Assembly: GCA_054600435.1 (NCBI GenBank)
Contig: BAAIJX010000039.1
Location: 186,001 to 217,558, forward strand
Reading direction: 5' to 3'
DNA: 31,558 bases
Origin: Neophaeotheca triangularis
Taxonomy: Eukaryota
Shown: piece after piece, positions 1 through 10,738 of the stretch
How the letters are laid out: each line of letters starts with the position of its first letter
How positions within the stretch are numbered: the stretch's first letter is position 1
Program-made: the position numbers and the translations under genes
Notes under the pieces: generated by a model
The model's input: the letters and a program-made list of their open reading frames with translations, nothing else
Databases searched by the model: none
Told to the model about the DNA's origin: nothing

Positions 1-362
1 CAGTTGGTCGAGAGCGCTCTTGAAAGCCGCGTGCTGTGACTCCCAGGACGTGACGTCGGTTTCGAGAGCGATGTAGGTTTGCCCGGAAGTGGTGGGGAGG
101 TTGTTGGCGACTCCGCGAGCGCCGGGGAGGTTTTGGTCCGCGAGAGCTACAGTTATGCTGGGTTGCGTGTCTCAGAGGAAGGTGGGCGGGATTGAGGAGG
201 GCTCGAGGTGGTGATTACCTACCCTTTGGATGCGAGCAGCTCTGCTACTGCGCGGCCTATGCCGCTTGCACCGCCTGCGGTGTGCTCAGCTGGGGTATCA
301 ATGTACTATGGATTGGCTCGGGTTGGGTTGGTACCTGTGATGTATGCTGTCTTGGAAGGCAT
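1..362 (-). CDS. Short-chain dehydrogenase/reductase (SDR), 5' portion; continues off the left edge
   Basis: Not in the ORF track. Exons 362-335, 274-223 and 157-<1 are joined by GT..AG introns (GTACCA..CAG, GTAGGT..CAG) and give MPSKTAYITGGASGIGRAVAELLASKGITVALADQN...ETDVTSWESQHAAFKSALDQL. This has the TGxxxGxG Rossmann motif and the DV motif of classical SDRs. Confidence 0.9.
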
Positions 363-1139
363 TCTGTTTGGACGTCAAACGATCTTATGGTCTCTAGCGT
401 GGGCAGCCTCGAAAAATGTTGTCAATCGATGAAGGCTTTCACTAGGAAACCCGGTTGTGATATCTCCATTGCATGAGAGACTGCGTCGTCTTGAAGAGGG
501 GCAAGCTTTCCCCGCCGAGGTGAGTGAAGGAGGGGCTGCGGTACTATCGAGTCGGAATAAAGACTTGAGAGTGCTCATTCGAGGTCTATCACATGACGCT
601 GTCTACATGTATCGTAACTCAGTCTTTGCAGAAAGGCTACAGCGCGTAAACACATGTATTCATATGCTGGAATTGTCATTGCGAAGTCCAATCGAAACAC
701 ATATCTCTCAAAAGCGGTTACCCAGCAAGTTTCAACGAAAGACTCTGCAGTACTGAGGCTTCAGATAACTCGACCTCACCCCTGAAGATTTCTTTGGCCA
801 TCTATTGTGGCAGTGTTCGTTGTCGTGGCACCCTTAGACCACCTGCACCTCCCTGCTGTGAATGGTGAATCCTGTGCCTTTCGTCGTGCAAAAAGTCACA
901 GAGCGCACTGACCACTATCCCGAACGGAAGCCGCGATCCGACAATTTGTTCGCCAGCAGTGAAGCTCATGCTCACAGCGCAACCAGGCAATCACTTCCCG
1001 TCGCCGAACCTCCCACTCCACATCACATCTCAGCTCTTCGCCGCCAACCCTTCAAGTAATACCGAATAAAACCCTCCTTCGAATCCTCCGCGCAACCTAT
1101 TTATACCGAACCTACCCACGCGCGAAAAGAACCGCAACC

Positions 1140-1627
1140 ATGCCTCAACAGCAACCCGACCTCAAGAAGGTACCAACCTCCAACAATCTGGAGCCTCGTA
1201 GCAAGGAAACGCCTTATACTAACACGGCATACTCTCCAGTACCTCGACAAGCGCGTCGAAGTGCAAATGAACGGCGCCCGCAAAGTCCAAGGCACCATGC
1301 GCGGCTACGATGTACGTCTTCCCCGCTAGCCCTCTGCGAAAAGAAGAAACACCCCAACCCCAGCGTCCACCACTTCTCTTCAGCGGCGCATCGGTTCTCA
1401 ACAAGCAAAAAGCTAGCGGCTTGCTAACAATGCGCTCCCTTCACGGCCTACAGGTCTTCCTCAACCTTGTTCTCGACGAAGCGACCGAACAGAAGGAGGG
1501 CGGAGAGAAGTCGCGCTTGGGCATGTGCGTGATCCGCGGGAACCAGGTGTCGGTCATTGATGCCCTTGATCGTATTGGCGGTGGCGGCGGAGGTGGCGGT
1601 GGTGACTTCCATAGGGGTGGGAGGTAA
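1140..1627 (+). CDS. SMX2: Small nuclear ribonucleoprotein G (SmG), 91 aa
   Basis: Exons 1140-1169, 1240-1311 and 1454-1627; both introns have CTAAC branch sites. Protein MPQQQPDLKKYLDKRVEVQMNGARKVQGTMRGYDVFLNLVLDEA...IRGNQV carries the Sm1 and Sm2 motifs typical of SmG. Confidence 0.95.
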
Positions 1628-2000
1628 AGGGGCTATAGCCGGGCGGACACTGTAGTGTTGGTTTGGGGAGAGATGCTTCTTTGAGACCTTGGAGAGGCTG
1701 TGGGGAGGATGGAGAGCTGAGAAATTGATATCCTACAGCGATGGCGTATGGCGCATGGCGCAGGAAACGGGCGAGACTAGATGTCCGTAGCTGGAATTGC
1801 AGAACTTTTGCACAACGACGACGATCGCGCCTCCACGTTGATGTGATTGAGACAAGCTTGCATGATCTGAAGGGGTGCGTGAAAGCAGCGCTATAAGGAT
1901 GAATGTGAGTGGTATCAAAGGACATGGCCACAGGTCACTGACTTTCCATGATCAAGATCGACGTAGATTGCATTAGAGAAGACACGATACATCCACAACA

Positions 2001-3125
2001 TCACAGCTTCGCCTTCCCGCCAGCTTCGGCAATCTGCCGCTTGCAAGCCTCGACCAAGTCCCAACCCACCTCAGCAAAAGGCTTCATCTGCACTGCGTAT
2101 TCGCCCGCACGCTCACTACTCGCCTGCCTTTGCGCGTATCTGGCCGCAATACCCTGCATGATAACGCTACCCCGGTAAATACCAAAAGCATCACCCCAAG
2201 TGGTCTCGGCCTTGGGGTACGACCACCCGGCGACATCTCCATACCACTTCAGACAATCCTCCTTGGTAGGCAAGCCCGCCGTCTTGCCCGGCATGAATGC
2301 ATCGCTTCCCCTACCAATATCCCTAGCCTTCTTCGACGCCGCAGTCGTAAAAGGCGTGAGCAAGTTGGAAAGATCCGAGAGCGGGTGCCCAATGGTACTC
2401 ATCTCCCAGTCCAGAATACCAATCACGTTCGTGCCCGTCTTGTCGAAAACGACGTTGTCAATCTTGTAATCGCCATGCACAAAAGTCGAACGGTCTTTTG
2501 GCTGCGTCGCCGGGTCTTTGAAAAAAGCCACCATCTCGTCGTAGTGCGGGATCTTGCCCACGGGCTGCTTGCTGTCGACGTCGACGGCTTGCGCCTGCGC
2601 GTCTTGGATCGTCTGGAAGGTCGCAATCTGGCGGTTATAGAAGCCGGAGGGTTTGCCAAAGGACTCGAGACCCACGCTCTTGGGGCTGACGCGGTGGAAT
2701 TTCGCCAGCGTCTCGACGGCGCTCTTCCACATGGCTTTGCGGTCTTCGGAGCTCACGTCTGGTAGAGCGGGGTCTTCGAATATGCGGCCGTCGAGGAAGG
2801 ACATGATATAGAAAGGGGTCCCGATTACGGCTTCGTCCTCACAGAGGCAGTAGGTTTTGGGGACAGGGACGTCCGTGTTCTCCAGCGCGTGGAGGATGCG
2901 GTATTCGCGCTCGACCTTGTGAGCGGTCTTGCTGAGTAGTTTGCCCGGAGGCTTCTTGCGCATGACATATTTGTTGCCGTCGGGGGATTTGATGAGGTAG
3001 GTTGGGTTGCTCTGGCCGTAGCCGAATTGCTTGATCTCCAAGGGTGTTTTGATCTCTGGTACATTCTGGTTGAGGTACCGCTCAAAGCTGGCAATGTCTA
3101 TCGGTTGTCGAATTTGGCCTGCCAT
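2001..3125 (-). CDS. APH/choline-kinase-like phosphotransferase (ACAD10/11 N-terminal-like), probably peroxisomal, 374 aa
   Basis: Intronless ORF with QFGYGQSNPTY, RKKPPG, HGDYKIDN (Brenner motif), ILDWEMST and GHPLSDL. It ends in AKL-stop, a canonical PTS1. Confidence 0.92.
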   Translation of the reverse strand: MAGQIRQPIDIASFERYLNQNVPEIKTPLEIKQFGYGQSNPTYLIKSPDGNKYVMRKKPPGKLLSKTAHKVEREYRILHALENTDVPVPKTYCLCEDEAVIGTPFYIMSFLDGRIFEDPALPDVSSEDRKAMWKSAVETLAKFHRVSPKSVGLESFGKPSGFYNRQIATFQTIQDAQAQAVDVDSKQPVGKIPHYDEMVAFFKDPATQPKDRSTFVHGDYKIDNVVFDKTGTNVIGILDWEMSTIGHPLSDLSNLLTPFTTAASKKARDIGRGSDAFMPGKTAGLPTKEDCLKWYGDVAGWSYPKAETTWGDAFGIYRGSVIMQGIAARYAQRQASSERAGEYAVQMKPFAEVGWDLVEACKRQIAEAGGKAKL

Positions 3126-3603
3126 TTTGATATGGCTCTAAAGGAAGAGGACTGCATTGTGGTGGGTGTTTGGGGGGGTGTTGAATGTAGTAACCTTAGC
3201 TCTCGGTCTGCGGAGAGCTCAAGGACCTCGGTTCTTGCTCTTTTGTCTTCCCGACGGCTGGCTGCGTTGTGCTGGGTCGGCGAATTGAATGAAACGGCAA
3301 ATTGTGAGGAGAAGATTCCCACTCTGTCTCTCCTCTTTCGCATAATAATACATACTCATCCTTTACACGCCTCAACCTAGCAATGCTGGTCGTAATAACC
3401 ACGGGATGAGGAAAGGTGCGATTTATATGCTTGCCGCAACAAAGCTCGTCACGTGACTGCGCGTTCCCCGCATGATCCCTGTTGTTTATATGTACGGTGA
3501 CTCGTGAGGTACTTCTGCTTCGACACATGTTCTCTCCAATAATTTGACCCACCCAACCTAAGTCTCAGAAACGGTAACGTTCCATTGTTTGCTTAGTATA
3601 AAC

Positions 3604-5860
3604 ATGGCTCTTCAAACTCCCCGTCAACGAGGTCTACAACGCCCATCTCTCGGCAAAACTAACACAGCCTCTTCGCCAAACCTCAGCGCGAGCGCAGCGG
3701 GCTACAGAAAGGAGAGCCTCCGCGCATTAACTGGCCAGTCTGGAGCGTCGCCTAGTACGCCTAAGAGCAGCAATATGGATACAGACCTAGAAGTCGGCGA
3801 TAGCGTGAATGTCCCTGGAGAAATGTACGGAACTGTCAAATTCATAGGGAGCGTCAGGGGCAAGAGTGGACGATTCGTTGGAGTCGAACTGGACGGCGCG
3901 TTTGCGGCAAGGGGAAAGAATGATGGCGATGTCGATGGGTGAGACAGACTGCGTTCGGCTTGTGCTGTTTCAACAATCCGCTGATACATTGTGCAGAGTG
4001 CATTACTTTCAAACGACCAATCCAGGCGCCGGAATCTTCTTGCCCGTCCATCGCGCAGAGAAACGGACGTCACCCGGCGCAGTGTCGCTAGATTCTTTCC
4101 CGGCCACCCCCAATACGCCCTCCCATAGCAACTTCACTGCAAGCCGTCATCCTTCTAGAGGCAAAGACAACTCACCTCCCTCGTCAATGTTCCCACCCAA
4201 GTCGAAGTTCTCGCAAACTGTCGGTCCCGGCGCACGACCTCCAAGCCCTCAATTCAAGTCCAAACGTCCTTCGCTGCCACGGCCAGACAGTCCCTTCAAA
4301 TCACAGCCCTCGCTGAAGCCGACGCCGGCGCGCCAATTTAGCCAGAGTGTACGTGGTAATCGACCTGGTGCTGCTCCGACTACGAGTACTACACCAAGCA
4401 AGCCCAACTTCAGGTCCTCAGTATCAGGCCGAACGCCCCAACCATCGAGGCCGTATTCCCGGACGGGCTCTCGGCTTGGTCATCGTTCAGACACGATCAA
4501 CGAGGATGATCGGACACCTGTAGGTGCAGCTAGAGGCGGCAATGGGCGTCACCCAAGCTCCCAATCCGTCAGCTCATACTCCCAAGCTGGGCGATCACCC
4601 TCAAGGTTGGGAAGTGCTGGTGGTCAAGACTCTGAGATACGGCGATTAAGAGAAGAGCTGGCAGAGCGCGACCAGAGACTGGAAGAACAGGCTGCTAGCC
4701 TATCGGAGATGGAGGCTTCTGTCAAAGAATTATCATCCTTGATGCCTGAAGATGGTGGTTTGGATAGAGAGAGCTCGATCGAAGGAGGGGAAAGTGTTGG
4801 GCAGTTGAGGCAAGCGCTACGGGAGAAGAACGAGAAAATCAGCATCTTGACTGCGGAATTCGACCAGCACCGAGCAGACTTTAGGAGCACGCTGGATAGT
4901 CTTGAGATGGCAAGTACAGAGACGGAAAGGGTCTACGAAGAGCAGAAGCGGGACCTGTTGGCACAGCTGAATGAGCTTCAAGAGATGAGCCATAGTAGGG
5001 AAGACGTGGAGACTGTGGCGAATCAGCTGAAGCAGCTAGAAGAGCTTGTTGCTGAACTCGAAGAAGGCCTGGAGGAGTCGAGAAGGGGCGAAGCGGAAGC
5101 TAGAGGCGAAGTCGAGTTCCTGCGTGGTGAGGTCGAGCGTGGTCGCTCGGAGCTCCGAAGAGAGCGCGAGAAGGCTGCTGCAGTGATGCAGAACGGTGAA
5201 GGCTCCAGAGACATGGACGCAAAGGACGATGAGATCCGTGGTTTGAAAGCCATTGTCCAGAACCTGTCGTCAAGCCCAGGTGGTACAACTCCGGCGAACA
5301 ATGCGAGTGACGGCGACGAATTTGAGCGCTTGCAAGCCGCTTTCGAGGAGTCTCAGCGAGAGAAAGAAGCACTGGAAAAAGAACTCGAAGATCTGCGCCG
5401 CGATAGCGCTTACACCAACGGCAACGGCAACACCAACGCAAGCGACTCAACTGCCACAGGCGAGGAGAAGGACCTACCCCTCCGAGACCGGGCTGATACC
5501 ATCAAGCCCTCTTCCGCCGACAGGATGCGGCAGCGTGAGGCAGACACCTCGACCAAAATCTCTGGCGAAGACCCGGCCATTGAGGAAAGTACAGGGCCGC
5601 AAGGTGACGACATATACTGCGAGATGTGCGAGTCGCGCGATCACGACACCTTGGACTGCCAGGACCTGCGCAAGCGGCCTAAGCAGCAACGAAGCGAGAG
5701 TAATGCAGACGAGCCCACTGACTTCAAAGGCTCGAGTGGTCCTGGCAAGGAAAACAAGGCTTCTGGAAAGACTGCCACGGCCGTCGACGAAGACAAGTGG
5801 TGTGCGCTGTGCGAGAAGGACGGGCACCTGGCGTTTGATTGCCCGGAGGAGCAGTACTAG
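3604..5860 (+). CDS. BIK1: CAP-Gly microtubule plus-end protein, CLIP-170/Bik1/ClipA homologue, ~732 aa
   Basis: Exons 3604-3938 and 3997-5860 (intron GTGAGA..CTGAT..CAG). The CAP-Gly GKNDG motif joins VHYF across the intron. It is followed by an S/P/R-rich linker, a long coiled coil, two CCHC zinc knuckles (CEMCESRDHDTLDC, CALCEKDGHLAFDC) and an acidic-aromatic end (EEQY). Confidence 0.92.
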
Positions 5861-6700
5861 AGTGACCTGCTGCCTTCAAAATTGCAGGATGCTTGATGAG
5901 TAAACATTTATTTGCTGGGCAGCGAATGTTAGATACATGAGGGATGGAGTGCTTTCTTTTGTCGGTGAGGGAGATGGAAGAGGAGGGCTGTCAGACGTGT
6001 TTCTTCGCGCAATACCCTTTCGCCATGGTTTCTAATTGGGGTATGCTAGGAATCGATTGATCACCTTTATCCAGTTGTACATTGTCTAGTACTTGCTCTT
6101 TGTACCGTGCCTTGCATCAACGTGCATTGTCAACGGGTTGCGGCACCACGAGACGAGACATGTGCAAGCCGTGCCCGGTACCTGCATCTAGGTAGGAGGT
6201 ACTAGTAATACCTGATAATGTAAAAGTCAAGTATACCTTGGGGCCATGGCATTTTGCAGTCATGTGCATGTTACAAGTATGGAAGGTATTCCATTCCAAG
6301 CTTAAGCCGAGCGGTCGAATACCTTAAGTACCCTGCCTATCGTAACGTTATGCGGCTCGTTTCGGCAAGCTGCGGGCTTTCTCCCCAAGCAAGCGGTCAA
6401 CAACAACGGGCGTCGCAAACAATGATTTTTAAAAAATTAATTTTAATCTGGTGTTACGCCCTTCATGTTGACAAGCGGATCCGATCAATGACTAACCGAC
6501 ATTGAGCTAATTATTGGACCGAGAAGCCTGGAGTCCCTCTACCGATATCTAAATACTTGACCAACCTCGTCCTGCTCTGTCTGCTTCTCTCCTTCTCTCC
6601 TTCCCTTTCCCCAAGCATCCCCCGAACATTCCTCCCACTTTCTTGCATTGTTCCGTCTTGACTTGATCCTAACAGAACGACTTTACACAAAGAAGCAGCA

Positions 6701-8308
6701 ATGGCGCCACCGTCGGCGATAGAGGTGGTCCCCGAGACCGACACCACGGCCTTCACCATGCCGGACCCATTGACTGTGTCCAGTGTCTCCAAGCGACGAG
6801 CAGCGACAGGCAAACTGATAGCTGGAGTCGCCGCCGTCGCAGACGTTGACGCCTACAAAGGACGCACATCGCATTTGCACAAGCCCAAAGCTAAGCGTCT
6901 GGACCACCGTCTCACGGCCGAGTCCAAGTCGCGTAAAGGCAACTCTCTCAAGGGCGCGGCGCAGTACCTGAAGACTCCGGGGTTGATTTCGTTGGGTGGC
7001 GGGTTGCCTTCAAGCGAGTACTTTCCTTTCGAGGAGCTCGACTTCAAGGTGCCGCAAATTGGTGGCTTTTCGGAGCAGGAGACGCGCGAGAAGGGCGCTT
7101 TGCTAAAGGCTGGGAAGCATGATCTTGCCGAGGACAAGAGTATCTTTGACATTGAGACCGCTTTCAATTACGGCCAGGGTCATGGCGCTGCGCAGCTGCT
7201 ACGATGGATCACGGAGCACACCGAGATTGTGCACGACCCTCCCTATCAGGATTGGTACTGCACAATGACAATTGGTTCGACCTCGGCGCTAGACATGGCT
7301 CTGAGGATGTTCTGCCAACGAGGCGATTACGTGCTGGCTGAGCAGTACTCTTTCCCAGCGGCCCTCGAGACCATGTCACCCATGGGACTCAAGGTGGCCG
7401 CCGTGGCGATGGACGAGAACGGTCTACTAGCAACAAGTCTGGACGACGTCCTCACCAACTGGGACGAAAAGGCCCGAGGCGGTCCTAAGCCTTTCGTCCT
7501 CTACACTGTGCCAACCGGCCAGAACCCTACCGGCTCGACCCAAACAATCGAACGACGCAAGGAGGTCTACAAAATCGCGCAAAAGCACGACGTCTACATC
7601 CTCGAAGACGAGCCCTACTACTTCCTTCAAATGCAGCCTTACACCGGTGCAAACTCCCCCACTCCGGCACCCCCAGCCTCGCACGAAGCTTTCCTCAAAT
7701 CCCTCGTCCCCTCCTTCCTCTCCCTCGACACTGACGGTCGCGTCATGCGCATGGACTCTTTCTCCAAAGTCATCGCGCCCGGCTCGCGTGTTGGATGGAT
7801 CACCGCCTCGGAGCAAATCATCGAGCGCTACCGCATGCACGCCGACACGAGCACGCAGAGCCCCAGCGGCGTCTCGCAGCTCATGCTGTTCAAACTGCTC
7901 GACGAGCACTGGGGTCACGGCGGCTACCTCGACTGGCTCGTGCATATTCGCGTGCAGTACACGGGCCGTCGGGACGTCATGTTGGAGGCGTGCGACAAAT
8001 ACCTGCCTAGAGACCTTGTGAGCTGGGTGCCGCCGCAGGCAGGCATGTTCCACTGGCTAGAGCTGGATTGGAAGAAGCATCCGGATTGCGGGAAGAAGAG
8101 CCGCGCGGCTATCGAGGAGAGTATTTTCCAGATGATTGTGCAGCACGGTACGCTCCTGATGAAGGGCAGCTGGTTTTGCGCTGAGCCGAGTGTGGATGAT
8201 GGGAAGTTGTTTTTCAGGGCTACTTATGCTGCTGCTAAGAGCGAGCAGATTGAGGAGGGCATTAGGAGATTTGGCGAGGCTGTCAGGGAGAGCTTTGGAC
8301 TTTCGTGA
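6701..8308 (+). CDS. ARO8: Aromatic/aminoadipate aminotransferase (PLP-dependent class I/II), 535 aa
   Basis: Intronless ORF with ISLGGGLP, PTGQNPTG, EDEPYYFLQ, DSFSKVIAPGSRVGW (PLP lysine) and FFRATYAA. Confidence 0.92.
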   Translation: MAPPSAIEVVPETDTTAFTMPDPLTVSSVSKRRAATGKLIAGVAAVADVDAYKGRTSHLHKPKAKRLDHRLTAESKSRKGNSLKGAAQYLKTPGLISLGGGLPSSEYFPFEELDFKVPQIGGFSEQETREKGALLKAGKHDLAEDKSIFDIETAFNYGQGHGAAQLLRWITEHTEIVHDPPYQDWYCTMTIGSTSALDMALRMFCQRGDYVLAEQYSFPAALETMSPMGLKVAAVAMDENGLLATSLDDVLTNWDEKARGGPKPFVLYTVPTGQNPTGSTQTIERRKEVYKIAQKHDVYILEDEPYYFLQMQPYTGANSPTPAPPASHEAFLKSLVPSFLSLDTDGRVMRMDSFSKVIAPGSRVGWITASEQIIERYRMHADTSTQSPSGVSQLMLFKLLDEHWGHGGYLDWLVHIRVQYTGRRDVMLEACDKYLPRDLVSWVPPQAGMFHWLELDWKKHPDCGKKSRAAIEESIFQMIVQHGTLLMKGSWFCAEPSVDDGKLFFRATYAAAKSEQIEEGIRRFGEAVRESFGLS

Positions 8309-8553
8309 GAGTATGTTGCTGCTAATGAGGAACGATGAGATTGTTGGGGGCTCATAGATTAACGGCGTTTTGGGGTGGGGGGCTCCTTTGGACCTAGCGC
8401 GGCGCTCAGCATTAAGGTGGAGAATACTTTTGCGAATCAATTAAAATATTACAGACGTCCAATATACGACAACGCTCCCAATCTCCCAAAGCCACCCCCT
8501 ACACAACACAGCTCAAAGCATCCCCCTCCCAACCCCGCAAACCCAACCCATCT

Positions 8554-8592
8554 CATCCCATCCCATCCCATCCCATTCCATCCCATCCCATC
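8554..8592. repeat. (CATCC)n pentanucleotide microsatellite just past the TMEM14 stop codon
   Basis: About eight units, one imperfect, directly visible. Confidence 0.9.
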
Positions 8593-9050
8593 TAATCAAC
8601 CTTAACAGTCCCATACCCATTAGCCCAGCCGACCCCAAACTTAAACAACCCAAACACGGCCAACGCCGAAAGCCCCATCGGCAGCGGCTTCCGACTCCTA
8701 AGAGCGCGAGGAACGCTGCTCCCGGCCAGCACGACCGACGCCAGCAGCGCCAGCTCGAGCCCGTAGCTCTGCCGGTTTTGCATCCGGTAGCCGCCCAGCG
8801 CGTACAGGGCTCCCACGCTGCAGCCCGCGATGACCGAGGGCACGGAGCCCGTGCGCACGTAGCCGGTGATGCCGCCGCCGGCGGTGAGGGTTGCGAGGGC
8901 GTAGGCGATTTGGCTGTGTTTTGGGAAGGGGTTAGGAGGGGGGAGCGGCGGGGGATGGTCTTGGTGAGGTGGGGTTACCTGAGGGACTTGGGGGGTTGGT
9001 TAGTGGCTTGGTGGGTTGTTGGAGTGGTGGAATAGGGGTTGGCTTACCAT
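8592..9050 (-). CDS. TMEM14/UPF0136-family small membrane protein, ~110 aa
   Basis: Exons 9050-9048 (ATG only), 8986-8979 (8 nt) and 8913-8592. Protein MSLSQIAYALATLTAGGGITGYVRTGSVPSVIAG... matches the GGxxGYxxxGSxPS signature of TMEM14 and has several hydrophobic segments. Confidence 0.88.
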
Positions 9051-9428
9051 GATTGTTGTGGTTTTGGTGGGGTTTTTGGGTAGGAGTTGTGTTCGGTGAG
9101 AGGTGTTGTGTGAGCGATGTTGAGTGTTAAGACGGTGTACTTAAAGCTACGCTGCCATTGATCGGAAGCTTTGAGGTTGGTAATGAGAGGAGGGACCGAG
9201 GCTAGTAAACTAACGCTAGGTATGTGTGGGCAACCATTGTGAGCTTGCTCTCGGGAAACCTTCCAGCTTCCTACAAAGCCATTGGAACGTCAGGTACACG
9301 TTACGGATGGAGCGCGAGCCTCGATATATCATCCCCTTTGACCACTTTCAAACAAGCCCAACAAGTCAACGGACCCCCTCTAGACACTACCAGCTCCCTT
9401 CCCCCCAACAACCCCCAACTCACCCACC

Positions 9429-10084
9429 ATGGCGCCCAAGAAAGCAACTGCTCCGCAACCCTCCCCGGCCGCCGTCCCGACCTCTCTCGCCAAACCCAAC
9501 CAAGCCGTCAGCAGCGCAGCCGGCAAGCCAACAAAAGAGGCCAACAAGCCCACAGCAGCTTCCGCCAGTCCTTCCGCAAGAAACGCACAAGATGCCCAGC
9601 AGATCGCTCTCGGGGTCTGGAACAACTACCTCGACAACACGGCACAGCGAGTGAAGCTGCTGGACGCATTCATGGTCTTCCTGATGACTGTGGGGTTGCT
9701 GCAGTTTGTCTATTGCGTCGTGGCCGGGAACTACGTGAGTAAACAGCAACCGCGACGGGGGGAAGGGAAAAAAGCGTGTAGATCGACACCGAAGCTAATC
9801 CCTCGTCCCAGCCCTTCAACGCCTTCCTCTCCGGCTTCTCGGCCACAGTCGGCCAGTTCGTGCTCACGGCGAGCTTGCGGATCCAGACGAACCCGGAGAA
9901 CGAGGCCGACTTCAAGACGACTTCACACGAGAGGTAACGTTCTGACCTTGCCAGCCCGGCCTTTCGGTGTTCCGGAGTGTTTTGGAGAAGCATCCTACTG
10001 ACACTACAGCGGCTCAGGGCTTTTGCCGACTTTGTCTTTGGCAGCATGATACTGCACTTTTTCTGCGTCAACTTCATCAACTAG
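9429..10084 (+). CDS. OST2: Oligosaccharyltransferase epsilon subunit (Ost2/DAD1), ~164 aa
   Basis: Exons 9429-9734, 9812-9933 and 10018-10084. Spliced protein contains KLLDAF...QFVYC...[12 protein letters not shown]...[13 protein letters not shown]...ERAFADF...[10 protein letters not shown], the DAD family signature. Confidence 0.95.
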
Positions 10085-10613
10085 AGATACCACAGAATGT
10101 ATGAAAAGCGAGACTTTTGCTAGAGGGAATATATCCAAATCTTCTCACATACTTTCAAGACTTCCCCTTTGCACTTGTTGAATTTTGGGAGCTATCGATG
10201 TCTTTCTGCGTGATCTTGAGCGGAAGTTATTGGTGCAGTCTGAGTAGAAGGGCTGGCAATTGGTCACTGCGGCTCTCTTGCCTCCCCTTTTATTCATGAA
10301 CATAGTAAAACTGGGATGCATTGATGAACCCGAATGGTGTCCGCGAGTCTTTTCGAGTTTGAAGACTTGTCTTGCCACTTGAGAGGGCCAGACGGATGAA
10401 GAATGGGAGACTTTGCTTGGTCCACTGCGCGCATGCTTGTGCTGTACGCTCTGTCTATACAATACGCCTAGCTAATGCGTTACAAGTATGGCTACTCCGA
10501 ACACAGGCAAGCAATTTGCAGATCCTCATCTGTCTTGCATATATCTTTGAAGAAACCCGTCGCCCATTCGCCCCACTTCTGAAGTGATGACATGGCCCTG
10601 CGCGCCCAGTGAT

Positions 10614-10738
10614 GGCAGTACAGAGCAAACCGCGACGCTGCAGCAGGGGGCTCTGATAAGTGCTCTAGTGAGATCGCGGGGGCAGTACAGAGCAAACCGC
10701 GGCGCTGCAGCAGGGGGCTCTGATAAGTGCTCCAGCGA
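10614..10738. repeat. Near-tandem direct repeat, two 58-bp copies with a 9-bp spacer
   Basis: 10614-10671 and 10681-10738 match at 55 of 58 positions (GGCAGTACAGAGCAAACCGCG..GGGGCTCTGATAAGTGCTC). Confidence 0.95.

Noticed and set aside
457..1059. Short ORFs between the SDR and SmG genes
   Set aside because: No motifs or coding-like bias; best read as a shared divergent promoter.
10614..10738. Direct repeat as a CRISPR array
   Set aside because: Only two 58-bp units with a 9-bp spacer, no cas genes, and a eukaryotic context.
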